Counted from the stretch's first letter, positions 19,025 to 28,501 are shown. The stretch is 32,000 nt of DNA from Zymomonas mobilis subsp. mobilis ATCC 10988 (GCF_000175255.2 NC_017262.1:180001-212000); one strand, 5' to 3'. The notes: a model not told the origin generated them from the sequence alone. Made by a program: numbers and translations.

Positions 19025-20190
19025 TGAGTCAGCCAAGAACAGTCACTGTTTTAGGGGCGACCGGATCCATTGGTCATTCAACACTGGATTTAATCGAACG
19101 GAATTTAGATCGGTATCAGGTCATCGCTTTGACCGCCAACCGCAATGTCAAAGATCTGGCCGATGCGGCGAAAAGAACGAATGCCAAGCGGGCGGTTATC
19201 GCTGACCCGTCGCTTTATAATGATCTGAAAGAGGCTTTGGCCGGAAGCTCTGTTGAGGCAGCCGCGGGTGCTGATGCCTTGGTCGAAGCCGCCATGATGG
19301 GTGCCGATTGGACAATGGCAGCCATTATCGGTTGCGCCGGTCTAAAAGCGACGCTTGCAGCTATTCGCAAGGGCAAAACGGTCGCTTTGGCCAACAAGGA
19401 ATCCTTAGTTTCAGCTGGCGGATTGATGATCGATGCCGTGCGGGAACATGGCACGACGCTTCTCCCCGTCGATTCCGAGCATAACGCTATTTTCCAATGC
19501 TTCCCGCATCATAATCGCGACTATGTTCGCCGGATTATTATTACGGCCAGCGGAGGTCCCTTCAGAACAACGTCTCTTGCCGAAATGGCAACGGTCACGC
19601 CAGAACGCGCGGTTCAGCATCCCAACTGGTCAATGGGTGCCAAAATTTCTATCGATTCTGCTACAATGATGAATAAAGGGCTTGAATTGATAGAAGCCTT
19701 TCATCTCTTCCAGATTCCATTAGAAAAATTTGAAATTTTGGTTCATCCTCAGTCAGTTATTCACTCCATGGTGGAATATTTGGATGGTTCTATCCTTGCC
19801 CAGATCGGTAGTCCTGATATGAGAACACCGATCGGTCATACTTTGGCTTGGCCAAAGCGGATGGAAACTCCAGCCGAATCGTTGGATTTTACCAAATTGC
19901 GCCAGATGGATTTTGAGGCACCGGATTATGAACGTTTTCCGGCGTTAACTTTGGCAATGGAATCCATCAAATCAGGTGGGGCTCGTCCCGCTGTAATGAA
20001 TGCCGCTAATGAAATCGCTGTGGCGGCCTTCCTTGATAAGAAAATCGGTTTTCTTGATATCGCTAAAATTGTCGAGAAAACATTAGATCATTATACACCC
20101 GCAACCCCGTCTTCTTTGGAAGATGTCTTTGCGATCGACAATGAAGCGCGGATACAAGCCGCTGCTTTAATGGAGAGTTTGCCCGCGTGA
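19021..20190 (+). CDS. dxr: 1-deoxy-D-xylulose-5-phosphate reductoisomerase
   Basis: 389 aa; VTVLGATGSIGHSTLDLI; LPVDSEHNAIFQ; MMNKGLELIEAFHLF. Confidence 0.97.
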   Translation: MMSQPRTVTVLGATGSIGHSTLDLIERNLDRYQVIALTANRNVKDLADAAKRTNAKRAVIADPSLYNDLKEALAGSSVEAAAGADALVEAAMMGADWTMAAIIGCAGLKATLAAIRKGKTVALANKESLVSAGGLMIDAVREHGTTLLPVDSEHNAIFQCFPHHNRDYVRRIIITASGGPFRTTSLAEMATVTPERAVQHPNWSMGAKISIDSATMMNKGLELIEAFHLFQIPLEKFEILVHPQSVIHSMVEYLDGSILAQIGSPDMRTPIGHTLAWPKRMETPAESLDFTKLRQMDFEAPDYERFPALTLAMESIKSGGARPAVMNAANEIAVAAFLDKKIGFLDIAKIVEKTLDHYTPATPSSLEDVFAIDNEARIQAAALMESLPA

Positions 20191-21317
20191 ATGCATATTC
20201 GGGGATAATGTTTTCGATCCTTAGTTTTATCGCGGTTATTGGTCCGCTGGTTTTTGTTCATGAGTTAGGACATTATGCCGTTGCCCGATTTTTTGGGGTA
20301 AAAGCAGATGTCTTTTCGATTGGCTTTGGGCCAGAAATTTTCGGATGGACAGATCGCTTGGGGACAAGATGGCGGGTCGCCTGCTTGCCTTTTGGTGGTT
20401 ATGTCCGCTTCGCCGGAGATATGGATCCTGCCAGTTCTGGCAGACCGTCAAGCGAATGGTTAGCGTTATCTCCCGAGGACAGAGCCAAGACATTTCAGGC
20501 TAAAAAAGCATGGCATCGCTTTTTGATTGTCTTGGCTGGGCCTTTAACAAATATTTTTGTTGCTATTCTACTTTTTGCTGCTGTTTTTTCAGTGCATGGC
20601 GTTGCCAGAAGCCCATCTGTAGTTTCAGCTATCGTTCCGCATTCCGCTGCAGACACTGCCGGATTAAAAGTCGGTGACAAAATCACTGCGGTTAACAGCT
20701 ATAAAGTCAATTATTTCAATGATCTTCAGCCTGTTGTTCAGATGCACCCTGATGAACAAGTTCTCATAAAATTAGTCAGAGACGGGCGGGCGATGGACGT
20801 CAAGGTCCATCTGAAAGCAGAGCATTTTCAAGACCGTTTCGGTAATAGCAGTCGTATTGGTCTGTTAGGAATTTTAGGAGGCGCGCCGGTAATTGTTCGT
20901 CTCCCCTTGACCGAGATTCCTCAGGCCGCTACTTCTGCCGTAGGCACTATGCTCCATGAGCAAATTGATGGCATCGGCCAGATTATTACAGGTCGTCGAT
21001 CCATGGACGAATTGGGTGGTCCAATTCGTATAGCCAGGATGTCGGGTCAGATAACTGAATTAGGTTTTCTGCCTTTCGTTCTTTTTATGGCGGCTATTTC
21101 TGTTAACCTTGGGTTCATCAATTTATTGCCAGTTCCAATGCTGGACGGAGGGCATCTCCTGTTTTACGCAATGGAAATCATAATAAGACGGCCACTTACG
21201 CCCGTTATTCAGACATGGGCTTTTCGCTTTGGCTTATTTTTGCTTTTGAGCCTGACGCTTTTTGCGACCTTGAATGATCTTGGCGTATTAGTCTGGCTAA
21301 AGCAGATTTTGGGATAA
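20187..21317 (+). CDS. rseP: RIP metalloprotease RseP (site-2 protease)
   Basis: 376 aa; VHELGHYAVARFFG; PDZ region; INLLPVPMLDGGHLLF. Confidence 0.95.
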   Translation: MNAYSGIMFSILSFIAVIGPLVFVHELGHYAVARFFGVKADVFSIGFGPEIFGWTDRLGTRWRVACLPFGGYVRFAGDMDPASSGRPSSEWLALSPEDRAKTFQAKKAWHRFLIVLAGPLTNIFVAILLFAAVFSVHGVARSPSVVSAIVPHSAADTAGLKVGDKITAVNSYKVNYFNDLQPVVQMHPDEQVLIKLVRDGRAMDVKVHLKAEHFQDRFGNSSRIGLLGILGGAPVIVRLPLTEIPQAATSAVGTMLHEQIDGIGQIITGRRSMDELGGPIRIARMSGQITELGFLPFVLFMAAISVNLGFINLLPVPMLDGGHLLFYAMEIIIRRPLTPVIQTWAFRFGLFLLLSLTLFATLNDLGVLVWLKQILG

Positions 21318-21445
21318 AAAATAAACTCAATTGATAAATCGAGTATTATCAGTTTTTGTTGAGGGGGTGGGGTGATGGCCGTTCCATCACAAAAAGAAGA
21401 TAGCCGGAAAACGGGTGTCATTTCTGGAAAGAGGGCAATAATCGG

Positions 21446-24400
21446 GTGACGGCGCGCAATTTGGGTAATTCTGATCGTAACAATCGGCGTAACCGGCAGA
21501 ATATGCCTTTGGCTTCTTTTGTTATTTTAAGCACTTTGATGGGGTCAACTGCGATTCCATTACAGGCTCAGACAGTTTCAGAACTGGCCACTTCCCAAGC
21601 GGAACAAAGCAGTAATAGCCTTCCTGCCATAGATACCACGAACTCGACCAATGATGGAGCTTCGTTATCTGAAGCTGTATCATCAGGGCAGGCTACTTCT
21701 GATGTTGAAAAGAGCTCAGTAGATAGCACTTTAAATTCAACAGTCGAAACGGCAAAAGCGGTTCCCCGTCAGGCAAAAACAAAGGCTTCTCATGCGGCCA
21801 AAAATGTCAAAGAAGCCGTTCAAGATAGCGTCAGTAACGATAAAAATACCGTTACAAAAACGATAGAACAAAACACGCCGTTGGATAGCTCTCCTGTTGC
21901 TGAGAAGGCTAGCGCCAATACAACTAGCGATATGGCGACAGAAGATGCGAGCAATCAAAATAATACCGCTCCAGCCACGCCAGAAAATCAAAATCAAGTA
22001 GAGGCGACATCTTCTTCCAATGCGGGTGCAGCGGCTTCTCCTGCAGAAAATAGCAATGCATCAGCTACTTCTGAAAAGACAACGCCGACACAGGATAATA
22101 CAACCGACACACCTTCCGCTGCTACCAGCCAGCAGGAAGCGGCTGCACCCACACCAGCGCCTATCCCAAAACCTGTTGATGGAACGATAAAATCTCTGTC
22201 CGTGGTCGGAACGGAGCGTCTTGAGCCTGATACTGTGCTTTCTTATACGAAGTTAAGGGCAGGGCAGCGTTACAATTCCGAAATCTTGGATAGCGCGATT
22301 CAGGATTTATACGCGACACAGCTTTTTTCTGATGTCGTTATTGAAGATAATCCGGAACATCCCGGTAGCTTGACCCTTCAAATCCACGAAAACCCAATTA
22401 TCAACCGGATCGTTCTTGAAGGAAACAAGCGCCTTAAAGAAGATAAAATCCGTCCTGAAATCAAGCTCGCTCCGAGACAGATTTTTACCCGTGATGCGGT
22501 GCGTGCAGATGTTTCCCGCATCATCGAGTTATATCGGCGGCAAGGCCGATTTGCGGCGACGGTTGAGCCTAAGATGGTTCGGCTAGAGCAGAATCGTGTT
22601 GATATCGTTTTTGAAATCACCGAAGGGCCTAAATCAAAAGTTCGCCAGATCAATATTATCGGGAATAAGCATTTTTCCGATGCCCAGCTTAGAAAAGCAA
22701 TGGCCACCAAACAGGCGCGTTTCTGGCGTTTCATGAGTTCAGGTGCCAGCTATGATCCTGATAAATTGGCCTATGACCAACAAAAGCTGCGTCAATTCTA
22801 TCTGGTTAACGGTTATGCCGATTTCCGCGTTGTTTCTGCCATTGCGGAATTAACGCCTGATCGCCGTGATTTCATCATTACTTATGTCGTCGAAGAAGGC
22901 GATCGTTATAAATTCGGCGATATCACGCTTGATTCTCAAATTCGGGATGTGAAGGCAGAAAACTTTAAATCTTTGGTCAAAATCAAAAAAGGCCAATGGT
23001 ATAATGCTAAGCTAGTCGAAGATACGATTGATACTTTGACAGAAGCCGCTGGTCTTATGGGCTATACGCCGGATGTGAATCCAGATTTTACGCCGGATAA
23101 AGACAATCTGACGATGGGGATTGAATTCCGCATTGCAGAAGCCCCGCGTCAATATATCGAACGCGTCGATATCAGCGGTAATACGACGACTCGAGATAAG
23201 GTTATTCGCCGCGAATTCCGTTTGGCGGAAGGGGACGTGTTTAACCTATTAAGGGTGAAGCGTTCGCGTGACCGTGTTCAGTCTCTCGGATATTTTCAGG
23301 ATCGCTTGGAAATTACCCAGCGTCCGGGATCGACACCAGACCGCCTAATTCTTGATACGAATCTCCAAGAAAAATCGACTGGACAGCTTTCTGTTTCGGC
23401 CGGTTATTCCAGCCTTGAACGTATTCTTTTGGATATCTCAATCCAGCAGAATAACTTTATGGGTAAGGGACAAAGTGTCCGCGCCTCGGCTAACTGGTCT
23501 TATTATTCAAAATCCGTCGATCTCGGCTTTACAGAACCTTATCTGTTCGACCATGCGATCGCTTTTGGTGGCGATATCTTCCGAAACGATTATAACGCCT
23601 TCAACTATATGAACGGGACGGATCGTAATACGACCTACCGGCAGGCTTCGACAGGGCTCCAGCTACGCGCTGGTATTCCGATCACCGAATATTTAAACCT
23701 GCTTTTGCGCTATAGTATCAGCTATGAAACGGTGAAAATCAGCAAAAGCAGCTATTATACAAATGGTCAGTGTGATCCTTTATTGGCTGGTCGCTATTTG
23801 TGCGAAGCTTTGGGCTCATGGGTCAATTCAACACTGGGTTATTCTATTGCCTATAACAGTTTGAATAACGTCATGCATCCGACCTCTGGTGCACGATTCA
23901 CCTTCAGTCAGGATTTCGCTGGTTTAGGCGGAACGGTTCATTATCTAAAAACGCGTATCGAAGCGGCCAAATATTGGGATCTGACCCACGGCTTTGTCTT
24001 CTCCTTGCGTGGAGAAGCTGGTTATATTTGGGGTTATGACGGCAATGTCCGCTTGATTGACCGTTTCTTCTTGGGACAACCACAATTCCGTGGGTTTAAT
24101 TTCCGTGGTGTTGGCCCTCGCGTTACCCGCCATTATTATTCTTTTGACGATAGTGGCAATCCAAGCCTTGGCGGTGAATCTTCCGATGACTCTTTGGGTG
24201 GTAGCAAAGAATATTTGGGTCACGCTGAATTGGAAATCCCGATGGGTGCCGGCGCTCGCGAAATGGGGTTGAGACCGTCTATTTTTGCCGATATCGGTTC
24301 TGTCTGGGGCGTGCCTAAACCTGCGCTGATTGATAGCTGCGGTTCTTCCGGTAAGTCACAAGGTCAGTGTCAGGTTACAGCACGTCAGGTTACTAATTCT

Positions 24401-24673
24401 AAAGGACAAGCCCTCTATACAGATAGCAGCGGTAACTATACAACAAGTGCTACGGGGAGCAATGGGACTAAAAATACGGCGGTTACAACTTCTGTCTCGC
24501 CAATTAAAGAATATTTCTTGGGTGATACGTGGAAACCCCGTATTTCAGTTGGTTTTGGTGTGAACTGGAATTCACCCTTTGGTCCTTTCCGAATTGATAT
24601 TGCCAAGGCTATTGTCAGTCAGCCGGGTGATGATAAAAAACTTGTAACCTTCAACGTAGGGACAGCATTTTAA
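21446..24673 (+). CDS. bamA: Outer membrane protein assembly factor BamA, with long low-complexity N-terminal region
   Basis: 1075 aa; POTRA-like repeats, surface-antigen barrel, C-terminal Phe; signal peptide probably starts at the second Met (residue 20). Confidence 0.94.
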   Translation: MTARNLGNSDRNNRRNRQNMPLASFVILSTLMGSTAIPLQAQTVSELATSQAEQSSNSLPAIDTTNSTNDGASLSEAVSSGQATSDVEKSSVDSTLNSTVETAKAVPRQAKTKASHAAKNVKEAVQDSVSNDKNTVTKTIEQNTPLDSSPVAEKASANTTSDMATEDASNQNNTAPATPENQNQVEATSSSNAGAAASPAENSNASATSEKTTPTQDNTTDTPSAATSQQEAAAPTPAPIPKPVDGTIKSLSVVGTERLEPDTVLSYTKLRAGQRYNSEILDSAIQDLYATQLFSDVVIEDNPEHPGSLTLQIHENPIINRIVLEGNKRLKEDKIRPEIKLAPRQIFTRDAVRADVSRIIELYRRQGRFAATVEPKMVRLEQNRVDIVFEITEGPKSKVRQINIIGNKHFSDAQLRKAMATKQARFWRFMSSGASYDPDKLAYDQQKLRQFYLVNGYADFRVVSAIAELTPDRRDFIITYVVEEGDRYKFGDITLDSQIRDVKAENFKSLVKIKKGQWYNAKLVEDTIDTLTEAAGLMGYTPDVNPDFTPDKDNLTMGIEFRIAEAPRQYIERVDISGNTTTRDKVIRREFRLAEGDVFNLLRVKRSRDRVQSLGYFQDRLEITQRPGSTPDRLILDTNLQEKSTGQLSVSAGYSSLERILLDISIQQNNFMGKGQSVRASANWSYYSKSVDLGFTEPYLFDHAIAFGGDIFRNDYNAFNYMNGTDRNTTYRQASTGLQLRAGIPITEYLNLLLRYSISYETVKISKSSYYTNGQCDPLLAGRYLCEALGSWVNSTLGYSIAYNSLNNVMHPTSGARFTFSQDFAGLGGTVHYLKTRIEAAKYWDLTHGFVFSLRGEAGYIWGYDGNVRLIDRFFLGQPQFRGFNFRGVGPRVTRHYYSFDDSGNPSLGGESSDDSLGGSKEYLGHAELEIPMGAGAREMGLRPSIFADIGSVWGVPKPALIDSCGSSGKSQGQCQVTARQVTNSKGQALYTDSSGNYTTSATGSNGTKNTAVTTSVSPIKEYFLGDTWKPRISVGFGVNWNSPFGPFRIDIAKAIVSQPGDDKKLVTFNVGTAF

Positions 24674-25344
24674 TGAAGAAATTATTTGCCGGTGCAGCCC
24701 TTGTCGCTGCCGCAACTGCATCCCCTGTTTTGGCACAGACGGCTGCCATTGTTGATCTTCAGGGTGTTCTGATGCAGTCATCGGCTCTGAAACAGGCACA
24801 GACTCAGATTCAGGCGACGTACCGCACCCAAATTGACGCTTATAATAACCGTCGTACTGCGCTGGAAAATGAGTTGTCACAGGCTCGTGACGAGTTGGTC
24901 AAAATGCAGAAAAGCGGCGCGTCAATGACGGTTATGCAGCCGAAAATCAATGCGTTTCAGTCAAAGCAGCAGTCTGCACAGCGCGAATTGATGACTCTCG
25001 GTATGCCTTTCATTCGCCCGAATACCTATGCAGAAGAACAGATTACCGACCATATCGAAGAAGCTATGCGCGCGGTTATGACAACGCGTAAGGTCAATCT
25101 GGTTCTCAATCCGCAGGCAGCCATTATTGCTGACCCTTCGGCTGATATGACAAGCGATGTCGCCGCCGAACTGAATCGCCGTGTGACGAATGTTTCGATC
25201 ACTCCGCCCGCTAATTGGGTTCCGGCTTCTGAACGCCAAAATCAAAGTGACGCGGGTGCCGGTGCTGCTCCGGCCGCTCGTGCTTCTGGTGCATCCACGA
25301 ACGCCTCTGTTCCTCCGGCCGCTCGTCGTCCAACCAGCCGGTAA
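24673..25344 (+). CDS. OmpH/Skp family periplasmic chaperone
   Basis: 223 aa; signal peptide MKKLFAGAALVAAATASPVLAQ; coiled-coil YRTQIDAYNNRRTALENELSQARDEL; follows bamA. Confidence 0.88.
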   Translation: MKKLFAGAALVAAATASPVLAQTAAIVDLQGVLMQSSALKQAQTQIQATYRTQIDAYNNRRTALENELSQARDELVKMQKSGASMTVMQPKINAFQSKQQSAQRELMTLGMPFIRPNTYAEEQITDHIEEAMRAVMTTRKVNLVLNPQAAIIADPSADMTSDVAAELNRRVTNVSITPPANWVPASERQNQSDAGAGAAPAARASGASTNASVPPAARRPTSR

Positions 25345-25350
25345 TTTAAT

Positions 25351-25827
25351 ATGACAGAGACAACAGAAAAGGTTGAATCGATAGGCCCGCTTGACGTCAA
25401 GCGGGTTATGGCGGCTCTGCCTCACCGTTTTCCGATGCTGCTGGTTGATCGGGTCGAGACATTGATTCCGGGCGAAAAAATTGTTGCGATTAAGGCCGTA
25501 ACAATCAACGAGCCGTTCTTTACCGGTCATTTCCCTGGTAATCCGATTATGCCAGGTGTTTTAATTGTCGAGGCCTTGGCACAAGCTGCCGGTGTTCTTG
25601 CCATTGAAAGTTTAGGACTGACCGGAACCGGTAAGCTGGTTTATTTCATGGCTATTAACGAGACAAAATTCCGTATTCCGGTAGAACCGGGTATTTTATT
25701 GCGGTTAGAAGTCGAGTTTTTACAAAAACGGGCAAAAATTTGTAAATTTAAAGCCCGTGCCTTGATTGAAGACAAAGTCGCGGCTGAAACAGAATTCACC
25801 GCAATGATCGCTGATCCAGCTAACTGA
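25351..25827 (+). CDS. fabZ: 3-hydroxyacyl-[acyl-carrier-protein] dehydratase FabZ
   Basis: 158 aa; [14 protein letters not shown]; [23 protein letters not shown]. Confidence 0.97.
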   Translation: MTETTEKVESIGPLDVKRVMAALPHRFPMLLVDRVETLIPGEKIVAIKAVTINEPFFTGHFPGNPIMPGVLIVEALAQAAGVLAIESLGLTGTGKLVYFMAINETKFRIPVEPGILLRLEVEFLQKRAKICKFKARALIEDKVAAETEFTAMIADPAN

Positions 25828-25870
25828 TTTTTGCTTTAGCAAACAGCGTTTATTATTATTTGTATCTTGG

Positions 25871-25937
25871 CTGCTCTTGTTTCTTTGGCAAGAGCAGGCT
25901 AGATGCAGCTTCTCTATCCGGCTGGTCGGTAACCAGC
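25871..25937 (+). promoter_or_regulatory. Structured 5' leader candidate of rpmE (two hairpins)
   Basis: CTGCTCTTG-N9-CAAGAGCAG (25871-25897) and GCTGGT-N5-ACCAGC (25921-25937). Confidence 0.4.
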
Positions 25938-25955
25938 TATCTAACGGAGTTTATC

Positions 25956-26183
25956 ATGAAGCAGAATATTCATCCTGATTATCACTTTATCAAGGTTCAG
26001 TTGACGGACGGTACCGTATTCGAAACCCGTTCTACCTGGGGTAAAGAAGGCGACACCATGAAGCTGGATATTGATCCGCGCGTTCATCCGGCATGGACTG
26101 GCGGTCGTTCACAGTTGGTTGATGCTGGTGGCCAGGTTGCCCGCTTTAACAAGCGTTTCGGCGCTCTGTTGAAAAAGAAATAA
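25956..26183 (+). CDS. rpmE: 50S ribosomal protein L31 (zinc-independent, C-minus type)
   Basis: [29 protein letters not shown]; start within the longer listed ORF (25860); no CxxC pair. Confidence 0.95.
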   Translation: MKQNIHPDYHFIKVQLTDGTVFETRSTWGKEGDTMKLDIDPRVHPAWTGGRSQLVDAGGQVARFNKRFGALLKKK

Positions 26184-26193
26184 GCTGTTATTT

Positions 26194-26215
26194 CGAGGTG
26201 GCTTCGGCCACCTCG
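26194..26215 (+). terminator. Terminator-like hairpin downstream of rpmE
   Basis: CGAGGTGGC-TTCG-GCCACCTCG, 9-bp stem with UUCG tetraloop; weak T-tract. Confidence 0.7.
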
Positions 26216-26242
26216 TCACTTTATTATTGATGATATACCTTC

Positions 26243-26596
26243 TTGACCTCTTCTAAGTTACAATCCTACATCAAAGTCGTTTTTTGGCTGATGCTGTTCA
26301 CGGCCTATGTGCTGGCTATTTTACCCGCACCTGATACGATTCATTTGGCACCCAGCGACAAAATAGACCATATTATAGCTTTCCTGACATTGACTATTCT
26401 GGCAGCTTTGGCTTGGCAAAAAACGCCTTCTTTTAAGATTGCTATAGGTCTTGGCCTTTTTGGCGCTCTCATTGAACTAACCCAAGCTATCCCCTTTATT
26501 CACCGTGATGCTGAATTGGCAGACTGGCTAGCTGATATCAGCGCCGTCTTTTTCGTGCTGCTTGTCAGAAATGCCATAAAACGATTTATGCTATAA
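26243..26596 (+). CDS. VanZ-like family membrane protein
   Basis: 117 aa; four hydrophobic segments, SDKIDHIIAF and ALIELTQ motifs. Confidence 0.75.
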   Translation: MTSSKLQSYIKVVFWLMLFTAYVLAILPAPDTIHLAPSDKIDHIIAFLTLTILAALAWQKTPSFKIAIGLGLFGALIELTQAIPFIHRDAELADWLADISAVFFVLLVRNAIKRFML

Positions 26597-26599
26597 TAA

Positions 26600-27104
26600 A
26601 ACGGGGTATCCTTCTTCCAGCTTGCTTTATACGCCATTCTCCGTGCCACTAATTCCGTGCCTCAGTTAAAACAGCGCGTTTTAAGTGACAAGGTTATCGA
26701 ATATCCCAATATCGACGGTTATGACGGCAAATGAAGGCTTCCGGCAGATCTGGTGCAAAAATACGGCTGATTTTTTATCTTTTACGAAAGCCGTTACACC
26801 TCAAATTGAAATAGCGAAAACAACAGAGGCTGCGCCCCTTAGGGTACAAAAAGAGAATTTCTTCTGCGCCAGTTGTCTCCCGTGGGTGCATTTCAGCGCA
26901 ATCACTCATGCCGAGTTTTCTTTTGGTTCAGCGGTGCCAACTCTGACATGGGGAAAATTAAAAGACGGCAAAATTCCGGTTGCCTGCAAATTCAATCATG
27001 CTTTTGTTGATGGTCTTCACGCCAGCCGCTTTTTTATGCAACTCGAATCTCTATTCGCCGATCCAGATTCGTTATGGAGAGAGCATCCGGTAGAGGGTAG
27101 ATAA
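26600..27104 (+). pseudogene. Chloramphenicol acetyltransferase-like protein, N-terminally truncated and frameshifted
   Basis: Frame 2 (26600-26734) encodes NGVSFFQLALYAILRATNSVPQLKQRVLSDKVIEYPN; frame 3 continues STVMTANEGFRQIW...NFFCASCLPWVHFSAITHAEF...FNHAFVDGLHASRFF; the CAT HxxxDG motif is retained. Confidence 0.75.
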
Positions 27105-27411
27105 GAAGGTAAGGGCGATTATCGTTTAAAGTATGGTCTTTCTTAAGCCATCGAGAACAGACTTATTTAAACTTATGTTGCTGTTAGCAAAAATTGATTG
27201 CAGAAAAATCAGACCTTTATATCGTGGCCTTATAAGCTTGTCTTTTGCCGAAGGATTATCTCACTCTATATGGATGGGATTGTCACGGCCATAAAAAGGA
27301 CGACTTTTTTTGTTTATATCCTGCTTTAAAATATTTCTCTTATAATGCCGTTTTTATTCTGCTGTAGAGTGACAATCTTTTTATCTCATTTCCCTTTTTG
27401 AAGGAGCGCTG

Positions 27412-28371
27412 GTGATGAGTGCTGATCCTATATCTACCCGTGTTTTTATCCTTGGTAGTGGCCCCGCTGGATTAACCGCAGCCATTTATGCGGCTCGTGC
27501 CGGATTAAACCCGATCGTGGCACAAGGTTTGCAGCCCGGTGGTCAGTTGACAATTACAACCGAGGTCGAAAATTTCCCCGGCTTCCGTGAACCCATTCAA
27601 GGGCCTTGGTTAATGGAAGAAATGCAAGCGCAGGCTGAAAATGTCGGTGCAAAGCTGGTCTGGGACATCATTACTTCGGTCGATTTTTCCCAGCGCCCCT
27701 ATCGTTTAACGGGTGATGGTGGTCAGGTCTATTTGGCTGACAGTTTAATTATCTCAACCGGCGCACAAGCTCGTTGGCTTGGCCTCGAAAGTGAGACAGC
27801 CCTTCGTGGCAAGGGTATTTCGGCTTGCGCTACTTGTGATGGTTTCTTTTTCCGTGGAAAAAAAGTTGTCGTGATTGGGGGCGGCAATACCGCTGTTGAA
27901 GAGGCACTTTATCTGACAAATCATAGCCCTGAAGTGACGCTGATTCATCGCCGTGATAGCCTGCGGGCTGAAAAAATTATGCAAAAACGCCTTTTAGCGA
28001 ACCCAAAGATCAAAATACGCTGGAATAGCGAAGTTGCTGAATTTATTGCTGGGGAAGATAGCGCCTTATCAGCAGTCAAATTGAAAGACACGAAAACAGG
28101 CGAAGAATCTCTCCTTGAGACCGAAGGCGCCTTTATTGCTATTGGCCATAAACCAGCCACGGAACTGTTTCAGGGACATTTAAAACTTGATGATGAAGGT
28201 TATATCGAAGTTACACCCGGTACGACCCAAACCAGCATCAAAGGCATTTTTGCTTGCGGCGATGTGATGGACAAGCATTACCGTCAAGCCGTTACGGCTG
28301 CTGGAACGGGCTGTATGGCAGCGTTAGAAGCCGAGCGTTTTTTAGGTGAAATTGATTTCAAGGAAGATTGA
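27412..28371 (+). CDS. trxB: Thioredoxin-disulfide reductase
   Basis: 319 aa; GSGPAGLTAAIYAARAGL; CATCDGFFF redox-active motif; GIFACGDV. Confidence 0.97.
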   Translation: MMSADPISTRVFILGSGPAGLTAAIYAARAGLNPIVAQGLQPGGQLTITTEVENFPGFREPIQGPWLMEEMQAQAENVGAKLVWDIITSVDFSQRPYRLTGDGGQVYLADSLIISTGAQARWLGLESETALRGKGISACATCDGFFFRGKKVVVIGGGNTAVEEALYLTNHSPEVTLIHRRDSLRAEKIMQKRLLANPKIKIRWNSEVAEFIAGEDSALSAVKLKDTKTGEESLLETEGAFIAIGHKPATELFQGHLKLDDEGYIEVTPGTTQTSIKGIFACGDVMDKHYRQAVTAAGTGCMAALEAERFLGEIDFKED

Positions 28372-28434
28372 TTTCTTATCCTAAGCTATCTTTGGCAGAA
28401 TAATTTTATCCTATCAAAGCTAGGAGATTATTGA

Positions 28435-28501
28435 ATTCTGATTGTCGCCTTTACAATACCGTTTTAAGCGCGCGCTTTTTATAAAGGCGACGAATCAGAA
28501 T
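28435..28501. repeat. Long bulged inverted repeat / stem-loop in an ORF-free spacer
   Basis: ATTCTGATTGTCGCCTTTA (28435-28453) pairs with TAAAGGCGAC-G-AATCAGAAT (28482-28501), 19 bp with one bulged G; the loop contains self-complementary AAGCGCGCGCTT. Confidence 0.75.

Noticed and set aside
22000-22180. Possible tandem protein repeats in the BamA N-terminal extension
   Set aside because: The region is compositionally biased, but I could not identify a fixed-period repeat unit at DNA or protein level.
24961-25530. 189-aa minus-strand ORF
   Set aside because: Antisense across the ompH-fabZ junction; low-complexity Arg/Ser-rich translation, no motif.
26685-27104. Treating the 139-aa ORF as an intact small CAT-like gene
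   Set aside because: Upstream sequence in another frame clearly continues the CAT family N-terminal pattern, so a frameshifted pseudogene (or a sequence error) fits better.
27341-27346. TATAAT as a trxB promoter -10
   Set aside because: A perfect -10 hexamer is present, but no convincing -35 at 16-18 bp, so not listed as a feature.
28466-28477. AAGCGCGCGCTT as a separate restriction or operator site
   Set aside because: It lies in the loop of the larger stem-loop and is more simply treated as part of that element.
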